Assembly (NCBI GenBank): GCA_965248435.1
Contig: OZ252100.1
Location: forward strand, 64,001-128,000
Direction: 5' to 3'
Length of the DNA stretch: 64,000 bases
DNA from: Candidatus Latescibacterota bacterium
GTDB taxonomy: Bacteria > Latescibacterota > UBA2968 > GCA-2709665
The notes beneath the pieces are model-generated. The model saw nothing but the letters and a program-made list of their open reading frames with translations. It had not been told where the DNA came from and searched no databases. The position numbers and the translations under genes were made by a program. Below are positions 9,905 through 19,524 of this stretch, piece by piece (position 1 is the stretch's first letter; each line of letters starts with the position of its first letter).

Positions 9905-12900
9905 GTGAAATTCGTCGGTAAACGTAAGATTAGACAACGCCTTAGAAGGATTCTGGGGCCTGTCACCCTGACGCTGGCGTCTGCGATAGCCCTTGCTGCA
10001 GGGGCGATCTTGATCCTCCAGGCGGGATGGTTGAACAGCCTACTCCTGGCGACCCTCGAGCACCGTCTGTCCTCGGAACTTGGGGGCTCCGTACAGCTTG
10101 GGGAGCTTCGCGGAAAGCCGCTATCTGCGTTCCGGGTGGTCGACGTTCGAATCGTCACCCGAGATGGTGATCGCGTCGAATTGGACACCCTGGAAGTCCG
10201 CCCCCGGCTGCTTCCGCTTTTCCTTGGGAGGTTGGTTTTTGAGCGTGTAGAACTTAGGGCTCCGAAGCTGATCTTGGGGTCGGGTGGGACGGGGAAGCCT
10301 CCCTCAAAGGAAAGCTGGCTTCTGAGATTCGATGCGGTGAGGCACGGCTGGAGCAAGGGCTGGCTGCTCCGGGAGCTTCGGCTGGAAGAGGTTGTGGTCA
10401 CACAAGGCCAAATGATAGAGGAAGTCGGCGGATCTGAGCTGTTGGGTGACCTCAATCTTGTCTTCGGCTTCAACGCGAATCCCGATGGCTACAGGCTCAA
10501 GCTGCATCGCTTCAGATCTGTGGTCTTCGATCCTCCCCTTGTGATTTCGAATCTCGAGGCCGCCGCGACGCTGAAGGATGGGGTGCTACTTGTGGAAGGT
10601 CTGGAGCTGCGCACCCCGCGTTCCCAGCTCTCCCTCTCCGGGTCGCTTACCGATCTTTCCAACCCGAAGATCGACTTGAATGTAAGCTCAGAACACTGTG
10701 CACTACAAGAATTTACAGGGTATACATCCGATGTCGTGCTGGGTGCATTGAAGGCAAGACTGGTCGGGGGCATGGATCGCCTGAGCGTCGACCTTGGCTT
10801 CAGGCAGTCGGAGGCGAAGCTGGCGCTGGAAGGCCACGTTGACCTCACAGGCGAGAAGATTGGCTACGATCTTCAGGTCGAGGCCGACGGCGTAGAGCTG
10901 GATAAGATCTTGCCGGGACTTGGTGGTGGCGCCGTGTTCGACCTGCGGGGAGGGATCAAAGGGAGAGGGATCAGGCCCTGGAACGCCGAAGCGGACGTAG
11001 ATGCAGTTCTGTCCCGCGGCCTTGCGCTAGGCGCAAAGATCGACACACTGCAGGCAAATGCAAAGCTTCGGAACGGGGAAGTCGCGATCGAGTTAAGGGC
11101 GAGGGGTCCTGCGGGCGACGCCGAAGGACGGCTCCGGGTGGACCTGTCGGGCAGGGTACCTTTCTACGACCTGTCCGTAGACTTCAGGCACGTGGATCTT
11201 TCCAGATTCGAAGAGGGTCCAGGGGCTCAGACCGATCTCACGGGTGAGGTCCATCTGGAGCGGGAGGGCCCAGAGGCCTGGAATGGGAATGCCATATTGA
11301 AGTCGTTGAGAGCCGGACCGGTCAGGTGCGAGGAGCTCTTTTTCCAGGGGACGTTCAGAAAAGGAGAAATCAAACTGACCGGCCTGAGTGCCCTCGTCCA
11401 GCCTGGTTCGGGGTCGTTGTCGGCAACCGGACGAATCGATCTGGGGCAGATCTGGAGACCTGAGGCCGGACTTCCATCCTACAATCTGGATTTTCTTATC
11501 GAATCGTTGGACGCAGGTCAGTTGAACGAGGTTCTGGAGCAAGCGGGTCCCGTTTCCTTGGCAGCCAACTTCGAGGGAAAGGGGTTTCATCCAGATTCCA
11601 TTTCGGCGCTCCTTCGCATAGAGACCACTGCCCCGAGGTTTCTGGGGGTGGGGTTGGACACCGGCCACGTTTCGTTAGTGCGGCAGGGTCGCAGCCTGAA
11701 GCTTCGGGATCTGATTTTCAAGAACGACATCTTCAGCCTGAATGGGGGTGGTCAAGCCACGATCGGCGATAGTCTGGCTTTTGAACTCTGGGGCCAGGTC
11801 GATCCTGCGAAGTTGGGTGGCAAACTGGGACTGGAGGTGGGTGGCGGTCCGCTTTCGTTTGAAGCAGAACTCGGTCGAACCTGGGCCGATCCTCTCTTTT
11901 CGGCAAGGCTTTACGGGAATCGTTTGGACACCGAGGGCGTCTCGATGTTCGGTGTATCGCTCGAAACGACGCTGCCTGTGCTCTCGAGCGGTGGGCTTTC
12001 GGTTCGTGTCGATTCACTTGTCTGGGCGAACCGGTCTCTTCGGAAGGTCTTTTTGGATGCCGGACTCGATGGGGATGATGTGGTCTTTTTATTAGGGAAT
12101 TCCACAACAGAAAAAGATCGGATGTCTCTATGGGGGAGGTTGGGGATATCAGACCAGGAGGTTCGTCTCGCGCTGGACTCTCTGTCGGTCGGCGTGGGCG
12201 AGGTCGCTTTTTCAAATGCAGGGCCCTGCCGCCTGAGCTACCGCCCCGAGTCGGGCTTAAGCGTCGAACAGTTCCGCGTGGGGGGGCCGGCCGGGCGTAT
12301 GGAGGCCCGGGATCATACCGATGCGCCGGGTGCCGTGAAGATCATTGTGAGCGACATGGATCTACGTCCGTGGTTTTTGATGTTGGGCTTGGGGGAGGAG
12401 GTGAGCGGGACGCTAGACGGCGAGGTCGTAGTTTCTGGAAACCTCGGCGACCCGCAAGTCGTTTCAGACATTCAATTTCAAGATGTGACAGCCGCGGGCG
12501 TAGGGTTTCGGGAAATTTCGGGGTCTATTGCCTATTGGAGAAGCAGCCTCGACCTTGACCTGGAACTGACCCAGACCTCCGGCGCAAATGCCCGTGTTTT
12601 GGGGACTCTGCCCCTCGATTCCTCTGGCCTGTCCGCCCGGGACGAGGCTCCAGATATGTCGGTGGACCTTTCCATCCAGTCGGAAGGCATAGATTTGGGG
12701 TTCCTTAAGGTCTTGTCCCCTGAGATCGCTGCCTCGAAGGGAGATCTTGCAATCGACGTGAGGGTAACAGGCTCTGCTGCGCAGCCCAAGCCCGACGGTT
12801 GGCTAAGGATAGCCAACGGCCAACTGGGCCTCACATCATTGAATCAGGACTTCCGCGGCCTCGTGGCAGATGTGAGTTTTTTGCCCGACGCGATTGTTGT

Positions 12901-13942
12901 GGAACGCCTTGGCGCAGAGGGAGGTCGATTGGCGGGAAAGGGGAAGATCCACCTCGAAGGCCGGACGGTTGGCACCTTCGACCTCAGTTTCAAGTTCGAA
13001 GACCTGGCGGTCGTGAACCTTCCCGAACTAAGCGCCAACCTCAATGCGGATCTCACGCTTCGGGGAAACCTGGATGGACCGGTCCTGGAGGGGCAAGCGG
13101 AACTGACGCGTGCTGTTATCGAGCTTCTGAGCCTCCTTGAGGGCCCCGAGGCCCAGGAGGAGAGCATCTGGAATACTGTGCCGTTCTTGCGGAGGATGTC
13201 GGGCAAGGTCCGGGCCTCGGCCTCCCGTAACGTCTGGATTCGGGATAGGACCCTAAATGTGGAAATCTCGGGAGATCTGGACGTTGTGAAGGAGCCGGAG
13301 GGTTTTCGGTTTTACGGTGCGCTCGACAGCAGGAGGGGCAACTACGACTTTCAAAACGCGAATTTCAACATCGATGAGGGGCAGATTCAATTTCTGGGAA
13401 AAACGGAGACCAACCCGGAGCTCTCCATTCTTGGATCCAAGCGCGTAAAGCTGATCACGGGTGAATCCGCAATCATCACTGTAATCTTGGGTGGCGCGCT
13501 GCTCCACCCCCAGGTTACCTTTGAGAGCGATCCCATCCTCCCCGAGGAAGACATCCTGTCCTACCTGGTGCTGGGTCTGCCCGCCGACGTTCTCGGTGGA
13601 TCGCAGGGCCAGGGTGGGGGATTGACAGACCAGGCTCCATATCTGGTCCTGGGGATTGCAGCAAACCGCTTGAAACGGACGATAGGGAAACAGCTGAACC
13701 TGGACGTCGTGGAGATTGACGTTGGAGGAACAGCGGCGACACGACTTGTCGTCGGCAAGTACATCGGGCAGAAATTCTTCGTTAGCTATGCACAGGATCT
13801 TCGCTCCCCGATTGGCGGCCAGGAAGTGACGGTGGAGTATGAGCTCATTCCCAAAGTTACGCTCGAGGCCCAGCAAAGGGTTGGAACTGAACAACAATCG
13901 GAGAGGCAATCCATCGGATTCTTCTGGAAGACGGAGTGGTGA
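9905..13942 (+). CDS. TamB/AsmA-family translocation and assembly module protein
   Basis: 1345 aa, N-terminal anchor, beta-rich repeats, DUF490-like C-terminus (ILSYLVLG...GKYIGQKFFVSY). Confidence 0.88.
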   Translation: MKFVGKRKIRQRLRRILGPVTLTLASAIALAAGAILILQAGWLNSLLLATLEHRLSSELGGSVQLGELRGKPLSAFRVVDVRIVTRDGDRVELDTLEVRPRLLPLFLGRLVFERVELRAPKLILGSGGTGKPPSKESWLLRFDAVRHGWSKGWLLRELRLEEVVVTQGQMIEEVGGSELLGDLNLVFGFNANPDGYRLKLHRFRSVVFDPPLVISNLEAAATLKDGVLLVEGLELRTPRSQLSLSGSLTDLSNPKIDLNVSSEHCALQEFTGYTSDVVLGALKARLVGGMDRLSVDLGFRQSEAKLALEGHVDLTGEKIGYDLQVEADGVELDKILPGLGGGAVFDLRGGIKGRGIRPWNAEADVDAVLSRGLALGAKIDTLQANAKLRNGEVAIELRARGPAGDAEGRLRVDLSGRVPFYDLSVDFRHVDLSRFEEGPGAQTDLTGEVHLEREGPEAWNGNAILKSLRAGPVRCEELFFQGTFRKGEIKLTGLSALVQPGSGSLSATGRIDLGQIWRPEAGLPSYNLDFLIESLDAGQLNEVLEQAGPVSLAANFEGKGFHPDSISALLRIETTAPRFLGVGLDTGHVSLVRQGRSLKLRDLIFKNDIFSLNGGGQATIGDSLAFELWGQVDPAKLGGKLGLEVGGGPLSFEAELGRTWADPLFSARLYGNRLDTEGVSMFGVSLETTLPVLSSGGLSVRVDSLVWANRSLRKVFLDAGLDGDDVVFLLGNSTTEKDRMSLWGRLGISDQEVRLALDSLSVGVGEVAFSNAGPCRLSYRPESGLSVEQFRVGGPAGRMEARDHTDAPGAVKIIVSDMDLRPWFLMLGLGEEVSGTLDGEVVVSGNLGDPQVVSDIQFQDVTAAGVGFREISGSIAYWRSSLDLDLELTQTSGANARVLGTLPLDSSGLSARDEAPDMSVDLSIQSEGIDLGFLKVLSPEIAASKGDLAIDVRVTGSAAQPKPDGWLRIANGQLGLTSLNQDFRGLVADVSFLPDAIVVERLGAEGGRLAGKGKIHLEGRTVGTFDLSFKFEDLAVVNLPELSANLNADLTLRGNLDGPVLEGQAELTRAVIELLSLLEGPEAQEESIWNTVPFLRRMSGKVRASASRNVWIRDRTLNVEISGDLDVVKEPEGFRFYGALDSRRGNYDFQNANFNIDEGQIQFLGKTETNPELSILGSKRVKLITGESAIITVILGGALLHPQVTFESDPILPEEDILSYLVLGLPADVLGGSQGQGGGLTDQAPYLVLGIAANRLKRTIGKQLNLDVVEIDVGGTAATRLVVGKYIGQKFFVSYAQDLRSPIGGQEVTVEYELIPKVTLEAQQRVGTEQQSERQSIGFFWKTEW

Positions 13943-14162
13943 GGGTACCCAGTTTGCAAGTCTGGTGTGGGTTTTGCTTCCTTGTAGTCGGAAGCAACGA
14001 ATCTTAAGACTTGACCTGGAGAAAACGACGCGGCACCTTGAACTTGAAGGATTGCTCACGTTCCGCACGTTCCGCAGGTATAATGCCTGCATCAGACTCG
14101 CCCGGATGGTAGGATAAGTCGTTTTACCAGAAGGCACGTCACCCAAGCAAATAGGGGGAAAT

Positions 14163-14846
14163 ATGCACAGGTCACTCTTCCGAACTTTTTCGGCAACGAT
14201 CCTCGTTCTTCTTCTGGCGGGCAGCGGATCTGCAAATAGCTATAAGGTAGACCCTGCCCATTCCTCGGTCGAGTTTTCGATTCGCCATATCGTCAGTCGT
14301 GTTACGGGTTCATTTACAGATTTCTCCGGGTCAATTATGTATGACCCGGAGCAAGTGGAGAAGTCGACTGTTGAGGCGACGATTCAGATTGGCTCGATCG
14401 ACACGCGAAACGAGAAGCGGGACAATCACCTCAGGAGCCCTGACTTTTTCGACGCAAAGAAGTACCCGGAAATGTCATTCAAGAGCACGGGCGTCAAAAA
14501 GCAGGGGGACAAGCTTCTTGCGACCGGCGACCTGACACTTCACGGGGTGACGAAGAGTGTTGTCCTGACCGTAGAAGTGCTCGGTACGGGTGTGCACCCA
14601 ATGTCAAAGGCACCTGTAGCAGGGTTCGTCGGAGAAACGGTGATCAAGCGGTCAGATTACGGTGTCAACAACTGGACTGACGCCACAGGGATGCTGGGTG
14701 ACGAAGTCCGAATTTCCTTGAACATTGAAGCAGCGGGCACGAAAGGGGCCAATCCTTGTAATCCCTGTAACCCGTGCGGAAAGGCCGGTAATCCCTGCAA
14801 TCCGTGCGGAAAGGCCGATAATCCCTGCAATCCGTGTGGAAAGTAA
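14163..14846 (+). CDS. YceI-family secreted protein with a C-terminal NPC-repeat tail
   Basis: Signal peptide; DPAHSSVEF, RDNHLRSPDFF and GDLTLHGVT YceI motifs. Confidence 0.9.
   Translation: MHRSLFRTFSATILVLLLAGSGSANSYKVDPAHSSVEFSIRHIVSRVTGSFTDFSGSIMYDPEQVEKSTVEATIQIGSIDTRNEKRDNHLRSPDFFDAKKYPEMSFKSTGVKKQGDKLLATGDLTLHGVTKSVVLTVEVLGTGVHPMSKAPVAGFVGETVIKRSDYGVNNWTDATGMLGDEVRISLNIEAAGTKGANPCNPCNPCGKAGNPCNPCGKADNPCNPCGK
14751..14843 (+). repeat. Coding tandem repeat, ~30-bp unit, encoding NPCNPCNPCGK-AG-NPCNPCGK-AD-NPCNPCGK
   Basis: Three copies of AATCCCTGYAAYCCGTGYGGAAAG directly before the stop codon. Confidence 0.9.
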
Positions 14847-14904
14847 TCGTGCGATAGACGTCGATCTGTCCACGGCCCAAGTTTGAAAATCGCCCCGTTC
14901 ATAA

Positions 14905-14938
14905 GCGCAGGATTCCTTCGAATCCTGCGCCTTTTTTT
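14905..14938 (+). terminator. Intrinsic terminator after yceI
   Basis: GCGCAGGATTC / GAATCCTGCGC stem followed by a T7 run. Confidence 0.85.
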
Positions 14939-15084
14939 ATGCCCCAAATCAAAAGGTCTGTGGCACCTCACCTCAGAGCGCGGGCCTGACAAACCGATTT
15001 CTTGTTACGCGGCGAGGTTCGAATTCATATCTTACTGAGAAGATCACAGATCTCTCACAATTCTCAGTCACAGGGAGGAACGCC

Positions 15085-15750
15085 ATGAATGCGATCGGGG
15101 AAGCGCTGCTGCAGTCATACCAGACGTTTTTCACACAGCTGTCTGGATTTCTACCCAAGCTGATCGGCTGTGTCCTGATTCTGATCTTCGGGTGGATTAT
15201 CGCCAAGGTCATTCGCACAGTTTCCGTGAGACTACTCGCCGTCGTTCGTTTGGACGTGCTGACGGAGAAAGCCAAAATCGATCGGTTCCTGAGTGAAGGG
15301 GGCGTCAAGCAATCTGCCGTCGAAATCATTGGGACCCTCCTGTATTGGCTAATCATGTTGATCGTGATCGTGGCCGCGTTCAACAGCCTCGGCCTTCAGG
15401 TGGCGTCCGAGTTGTTCAATCAGGTCATTCTGTTCATTCCGAACATCATCGTGTCCATATTCGTGCTCATCCTCGGCCTTTTCCTTGCAAACTTTACAGG
15501 ACAGGTTGTGGTTACCTATGCGAAGAACGTCGGGGTTGACAATGCAGACTTGGTTGGCAAAATCGCGCAATACGCCATCATCATCTTTGTCGTTTCCATC
15601 GCCCTCACGCAGATGAACATTGGCGAAAAAATTCTGGCCAACGCGATTCTTATCCTGTTTGGTGCGGTCTGTTTGGCCCTTGCCCTGGCGTTTGGACTCG
15701 GAGGTCGCGAGTGGGCATCACGTGTGATCAAGAAATTTTGGGGGGAATGA
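15085..15750 (+). CDS. Conserved TM-helix repeat membrane protein (CmpX / MscS N-terminal-like)
   Basis: Two FLPK/FIPN TM-helix repeats, ALAFGLGGR end, no MscS cytoplasmic cage; RBS GGAGG. Confidence 0.75.
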   Translation: MNAIGEALLQSYQTFFTQLSGFLPKLIGCVLILIFGWIIAKVIRTVSVRLLAVVRLDVLTEKAKIDRFLSEGGVKQSAVEIIGTLLYWLIMLIVIVAAFNSLGLQVASELFNQVILFIPNIIVSIFVLILGLFLANFTGQVVVTYAKNVGVDNADLVGKIAQYAIIIFVVSIALTQMNIGEKILANAILILFGAVCLALALAFGLGGREWASRVIKKFWGE

Positions 15751-15781
15751 AAGGAGCTTCCTTCAACAGTGAGGAAGACAG

Positions 15782-16726
15782 ATGTCAGAAAATCGCCTTC
15801 GGAGTGACGGCGACATTCTCCAGGATCGGGTTGCGCGGCTCGAAGTCCTGCTGAAGATCAGCAGGATGATGAACGCGACGTCCGATCAGGAGACCCTGAT
15901 AAGAAACATCGCCGCGGAAGTAAGCAGCTACGTCGGGGCCGACCGATGCTCGATCTTCTTTTACGACCGGGTCTCGGATCAGCTCTATACCCATCTGGCG
16001 ACCGGGCTCTCGGCAGGTCAGCAGATTCGGATTTCCAGCAGTACCGGGATAGCCGGATATGTCTTCCAGGCGGGCAAGGAATTGAATGTGCACGATGTGT
16101 CGAAAGAACCCAGGTTTACGGGAGAGGCGGATCAAAAGACTGGGTATCGCACTCGGAGTTTGTTGACTTTTCCCCTGGCCAATCGGCAAGGCAGGCCCAT
16201 CGGAGTCTTTCAGTTCGTTAACAAACAGGGGAGGCCCGGGTATTTTACCGAGGATGACGAAGCGTTCCAGGCGGAACTCGTGGAACAGATTTCAGATCTT
16301 CTGGAGCTCGTCCTCCGAAAGGACGAACTCGCACAGCGGAATGCCATTCTTGAGGAGCAGATGAAGGAGTTGTCTGCCTTCGAATATTTGATCGGAGACC
16401 GCACTGCTGTCAACCTTCTCTTTCGCGCTAACCGGAAGATTCATTACTGGGGCGGGATGGTTGTCCTCGTCTTCCTGGTCTTGATGGCGGTCACCTCGCT
16501 GGGTATGGTCCATTTCGAACCTATGCGGAAGACCATGCTCGGGCTTCACATCGGAACCGGATTCGGATTGGGCACCCGATATTACGTCTACACCGACGCG
16601 GTTTCCGTCCTGACACTTGCCATCTCTTCTACAGGCCTCCTGCTCTACGTTTACCCACCCCTGAATCGGTGGATGAAGGCCCAAAAGCAGCGCATGATGG
16701 CTAAAAGAGTAAAGACAGATCGGTAG
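15782..16726 (+). CDS. GAF domain fused to a PepSY-associated TM (cytochrome b-like) domain
   Basis: GAF with an NK-x6-F-x3-DE motif; C-terminal TM segments RKIHYWGG...LHIG...STGLLL. Confidence 0.7.
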   Translation: MSENRLRSDGDILQDRVARLEVLLKISRMMNATSDQETLIRNIAAEVSSYVGADRCSIFFYDRVSDQLYTHLATGLSAGQQIRISSSTGIAGYVFQAGKELNVHDVSKEPRFTGEADQKTGYRTRSLLTFPLANRQGRPIGVFQFVNKQGRPGYFTEDDEAFQAELVEQISDLLELVLRKDELAQRNAILEEQMKELSAFEYLIGDRTAVNLLFRANRKIHYWGGMVVLVFLVLMAVTSLGMVHFEPMRKTMLGLHIGTGFGLGTRYYVYTDAVSVLTLAISSTGLLLYVYPPLNRWMKAQKQRMMAKRVKTDR

Positions 16727-16762
16727 CGGGAAGGCGGCATGAATGTCTGAGGCCCGGCGGGC

Positions 16763-16791
16763 TTGACATCGCGACGCGGCGCGCCTATTTT
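16763..16791 (+). promoter_or_regulatory. sigma70-type promoter
   Basis: TTGACA-17 bp-TATTTT upstream of the ORF at 16857. Confidence 0.5.
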
Positions 16792-16856
16792 CCTGCCGGT
16801 CTCAGCGAACGGTTGCAAAGTTCTGCCTGGAAGACATCCAAGAAGAGGGGGAGGGA

Positions 16857-17288
16857 ATGGATCGATCTGTGCGCGGTTTGATTTTGGCCGTTTCGGCTTT
16901 GAGTTTGTTCTCCCTGTTGGCCTGTGATGGAGGAGGGGACGAGGGCCTCCCCACCCGGCGGGCCGAGATGCGTGATATAAAGCTGAGCACAGACCGCATC
17001 GCAGCAGTGCTCAAGAACGATTCTCTGGAGGGGGTCGAGGAGGACGCCAAGAAGATCAGACGCGCGCTGCACGCGGTGACCGAACTTTACCCTCCTGAAT
17101 ACGAAGAAAAGTACCGGGCCTATAGTAAAGAGGCGCAGGACCTGGCCATTGAACTGGCGATCGAGGCGAGGGCAAACGACGTCAAGAAATCAAACTGGAA
17201 GTTCCGGGGGCTGGTTCCGTATTGCGGCAAATGCCACGAGGACTGCGCATTTCTGCTTGCGCCGGCCTTTCCGGAATACGAGCACTAG
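16857..17288 (+). CDS. Cytochrome c'-like (class II) lipoprotein
   Basis: Lipobox LLAC, helical body, single C-terminal CGKCH haem-attachment motif. Confidence 0.65.
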   Translation: MDRSVRGLILAVSALSLFSLLACDGGGDEGLPTRRAEMRDIKLSTDRIAAVLKNDSLEGVEEDAKKIRRALHAVTELYPPEYEEKYRAYSKEAQDLAIELAIEARANDVKKSNWKFRGLVPYCGKCHEDCAFLLAPAFPEYEH

Positions 17289-17312
17289 GTTTCGCTGCAC
17301 GAGAAGTTTTAG

Positions 17313-17349
17313 AAGAAAGGGACGGCCAGCGAAAGGCCGTCCCTTTCTT
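17313..17349. terminator. Bidirectional terminator between convergent genes
   Basis: 15-bp perfect inverted repeat AAGAAAGGGACGGCC / GGCCGTCCCTTTCTT. Confidence 0.8.
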
Positions 17350-17387
17350 GTTACGGATTCTATTCGCGAGTGGTCCTGAGGCGTGCT

Positions 17388-18143
17388 TCACCGCAGCAGG
17401 TTCTGGAGCGCCTGGAAGTGTTCAGGAGGGCAGATCAGGGTAGGTTCAGCGACGCGCCGGCCGTCATAGATCTCCGCAAACTCGACCGCCTCCCCGGAAA
17501 GGAAGCGGAAGGGAATCCCCAAGACGTGAAGCATGGCCGCACACGCCGTGTAATCCCAGATGTGCGCCTGGCCGAGCGCCCCCACCGCGGATCCCCGAAT
17601 AACATAGCAGAGATGTGCAGCTGTTGATCCAAGACTGTGAAGTTTTCCAGAGAAATCGATCCTTTGATCGCCCAGTACTGATTCACTGACGAGCAGGAGC
17701 GCGTTTGTCTCGATCGGAGGATCCGGAGGGGGTAGGGGAACACCATTCAGGAACGTCTTTATCCCATCTGTGTGGTAGAGATCATCCAGCACAGGGAGGA
17801 AAAAAGCGCCAATGACCGGAACACCTTCCTCGAGCATCCCGACCGACACACCCCAGACTGGAAGCCCGTGATTGAAACAACGCGTCCCATCTATAGGATC
17901 GATGGCCCATATACGCCCGGATCGGGGGTGTGGATCGTCGCCTTCTTCGCCGAGGATCGAGTCGTCCGAATATTTCGAGTTGATCTCACTGCGCAAATAG
18001 CATTCTACGGCCAGATCGGCTTCTGTGACCCACGAATCGTCGGCCTTGGTGGATCCCCGGGTCTTGCCGAAGTAGGAAAGCGCGAGTTCGCCACCCTTCC
18101 GAGTTATCCTGAGCAGCCACTCAACATCGATTTCTGGGGACAA
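17388..18143 (-). CDS. Inositol monophosphatase family protein
   Basis: VTEAD, ILGEE, WAIDPIDGT and IWD motifs; start moved to TTG 18143 after AGGAG. Confidence 0.88.
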   Translation of the reverse strand: MSPEIDVEWLLRITRKGGELALSYFGKTRGSTKADDSWVTEADLAVECYLRSEINSKYSDDSILGEEGDDPHPRSGRIWAIDPIDGTRCFNHGLPVWGVSVGMLEEGVPVIGAFFLPVLDDLYHTDGIKTFLNGVPLPPPDPPIETNALLLVSESVLGDQRIDFSGKLHSLGSTAAHLCYVIRGSAVGALGQAHIWDYTACAAMLHVLGIPFRFLSGEAVEFAEIYDGRRVAEPTLICPPEHFQALQNLLR

Positions 18144-18172
18144 GGATCCGCTCTCCTGCAAAGCGAGCAACG

Positions 18173-18785
18173 TCAGGCATCGGCAAACTTCCAAACCTGG
18201 AGTGCAGTGCGTCCAAAGATCCAGGACCGTTCATCTTCGCTCAGGGCAGAGAAGTAGCTCTGAGGAAACGTGAGGGAATTGTCATAGCCTTCTCGTGTGC
18301 TGACTGGCGGATAATCGCTGCCCCACATGATTCGTTTGGGGCCAAAGGCCTCCAGGGCCATGTCGGCCAGCGGGGGGACATATGTGAAGGGGTGCGGCAG
18401 TTCGCAGATCTCTCCGAAGCCTGGTAGCTTGATCGTGAGATTCGGATAGCTCGCGAGTTGGGTAATGGCCGAGTTCTGAGGCCGTACGCCACTGGGCCAG
18501 GGGATCGGCGCCTCTGGCCTTCAGGGGCAGACGTATACCCGGGATCCCGCTCTCACTCCATTTCCTCATCATTTTTCCGTCGTCATCATTTGCTACGATC
18601 ATTGCGGCAGAGAACCGACCGGGGTGGTTGGACATGGCCTCGAGCAGATAGGTATTGTCCGTATTTCCCATGTACTGGATCAACACGGCCTTGGACACGC
18701 CCGATCGCTGCATGTGGAACAGGAGAGACTCGACCGGTTCGTACTTGGACAGGCCGATGTGGCAGTGGGTGTCTACAATCGTCAT
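18173..18785 (-). pseudogene. Amidohydrolase_2-family gene, frameshifted and internally deleted near 18468
   Basis: N-terminal DTHCH in one frame; PNLTIKLPG and FGPKRIMWGSDYP in another; about 200 codons in total. Confidence 0.8.
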
Positions 18786-19498
18786 ATCGGAAGGCTTTCC
18801 TGGAAGCCCTGCGCGGGCCCCTCGACTGACTTGAGCGGTTCGATGTTTCCTGCCGTGTCGTGCTTGAAGTCGTTGACCTGCCGGGAGACTGGATGGGTTC
18901 TCAGCTTCTCGGATGGATAGGGTTTGAGCAGACCGCGCAGTCCCTCCGGCCGGTAATAATCCGGATCAAGCCACTGCTCGTAGGAATCTGCTTCGAGGAT
19001 CGCCGGCATCCGGTTGTGGATCTCCTTGAGCAGATCGTTTGGCTCCGTCGTGATGATGACACAGGAATGGAGGATGTTCCCGTCGCCTGTACGGTACGAT
19101 TCCCAGAGACCGGCGAAGGCGAACGGCTTTCCGGACTTCAGCCGGATGTAGATCGGGGTCTTTGGGTTTCCCCCCGACTCTTTTCTCCACTCGTAAAAGC
19201 CGTCCCCCAGGATCAAACAGCGTCGTTTTTCGAATCCCATTTGAAAAGAAGGCTTCTGTTCGAGCGTCTCAGCTCGCGCGTTGATCAGACGGTTGCCTAT
19301 TTTCGGATCCTTGGCCCACGAGGGCACCAGCCCCCACCTGAAGGACCGGGCCGATCGTTCGCCGTCGTTGGGCAGGACCAGGACATCTTGCCCGGGGGCG
19401 ATATTGTAACGCGGTGCGAAGGGGATAGGGAATTCAAAGTTGCCGAACACCAGTTTGAGTCCGTCCGGACCCATTATCAGTGTGAACCGTCCGCACAT
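18782..19498 (-). CDS. SOS response-associated peptidase (SRAP, YedK/HMCES-like abasic-site protein)
   Basis: MCGRF start (catalytic Cys2) at 19498 with AGGAG; RYNIAP, INARAET, GFYEW and HNRMP motifs. Confidence 0.93.
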   Translation of the reverse strand: MCGRFTLIMGPDGLKLVFGNFEFPIPFAPRYNIAPGQDVLVLPNDGERSARSFRWGLVPSWAKDPKIGNRLINARAETLEQKPSFQMGFEKRRCLILGDGFYEWRKESGGNPKTPIYIRLKSGKPFAFAGLWESYRTGDGNILHSCVIITTEPNDLLKEIHNRMPAILEADSYEQWLDPDYYRPEGLRGLLKPYPSEKLRTHPVSRQVNDFKHDTAGNIEPLKSVEGPAQGFQESLPI

Positions 19499-19524
19499 TT
19501 CATTGCTCCTTGGGTCAACTCTCT

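Noticed and set aside
14057-14076. 9-bp tandem CACGTTCCG x2 before TATAAT upstream of yceI
   Set aside because: Only two short copies with non-helical period; may be slippage or chance.
14751-14843. Possible CRISPR array
   Set aside because: Tandem in-frame coding repeats without unique spacers; no cas genes.
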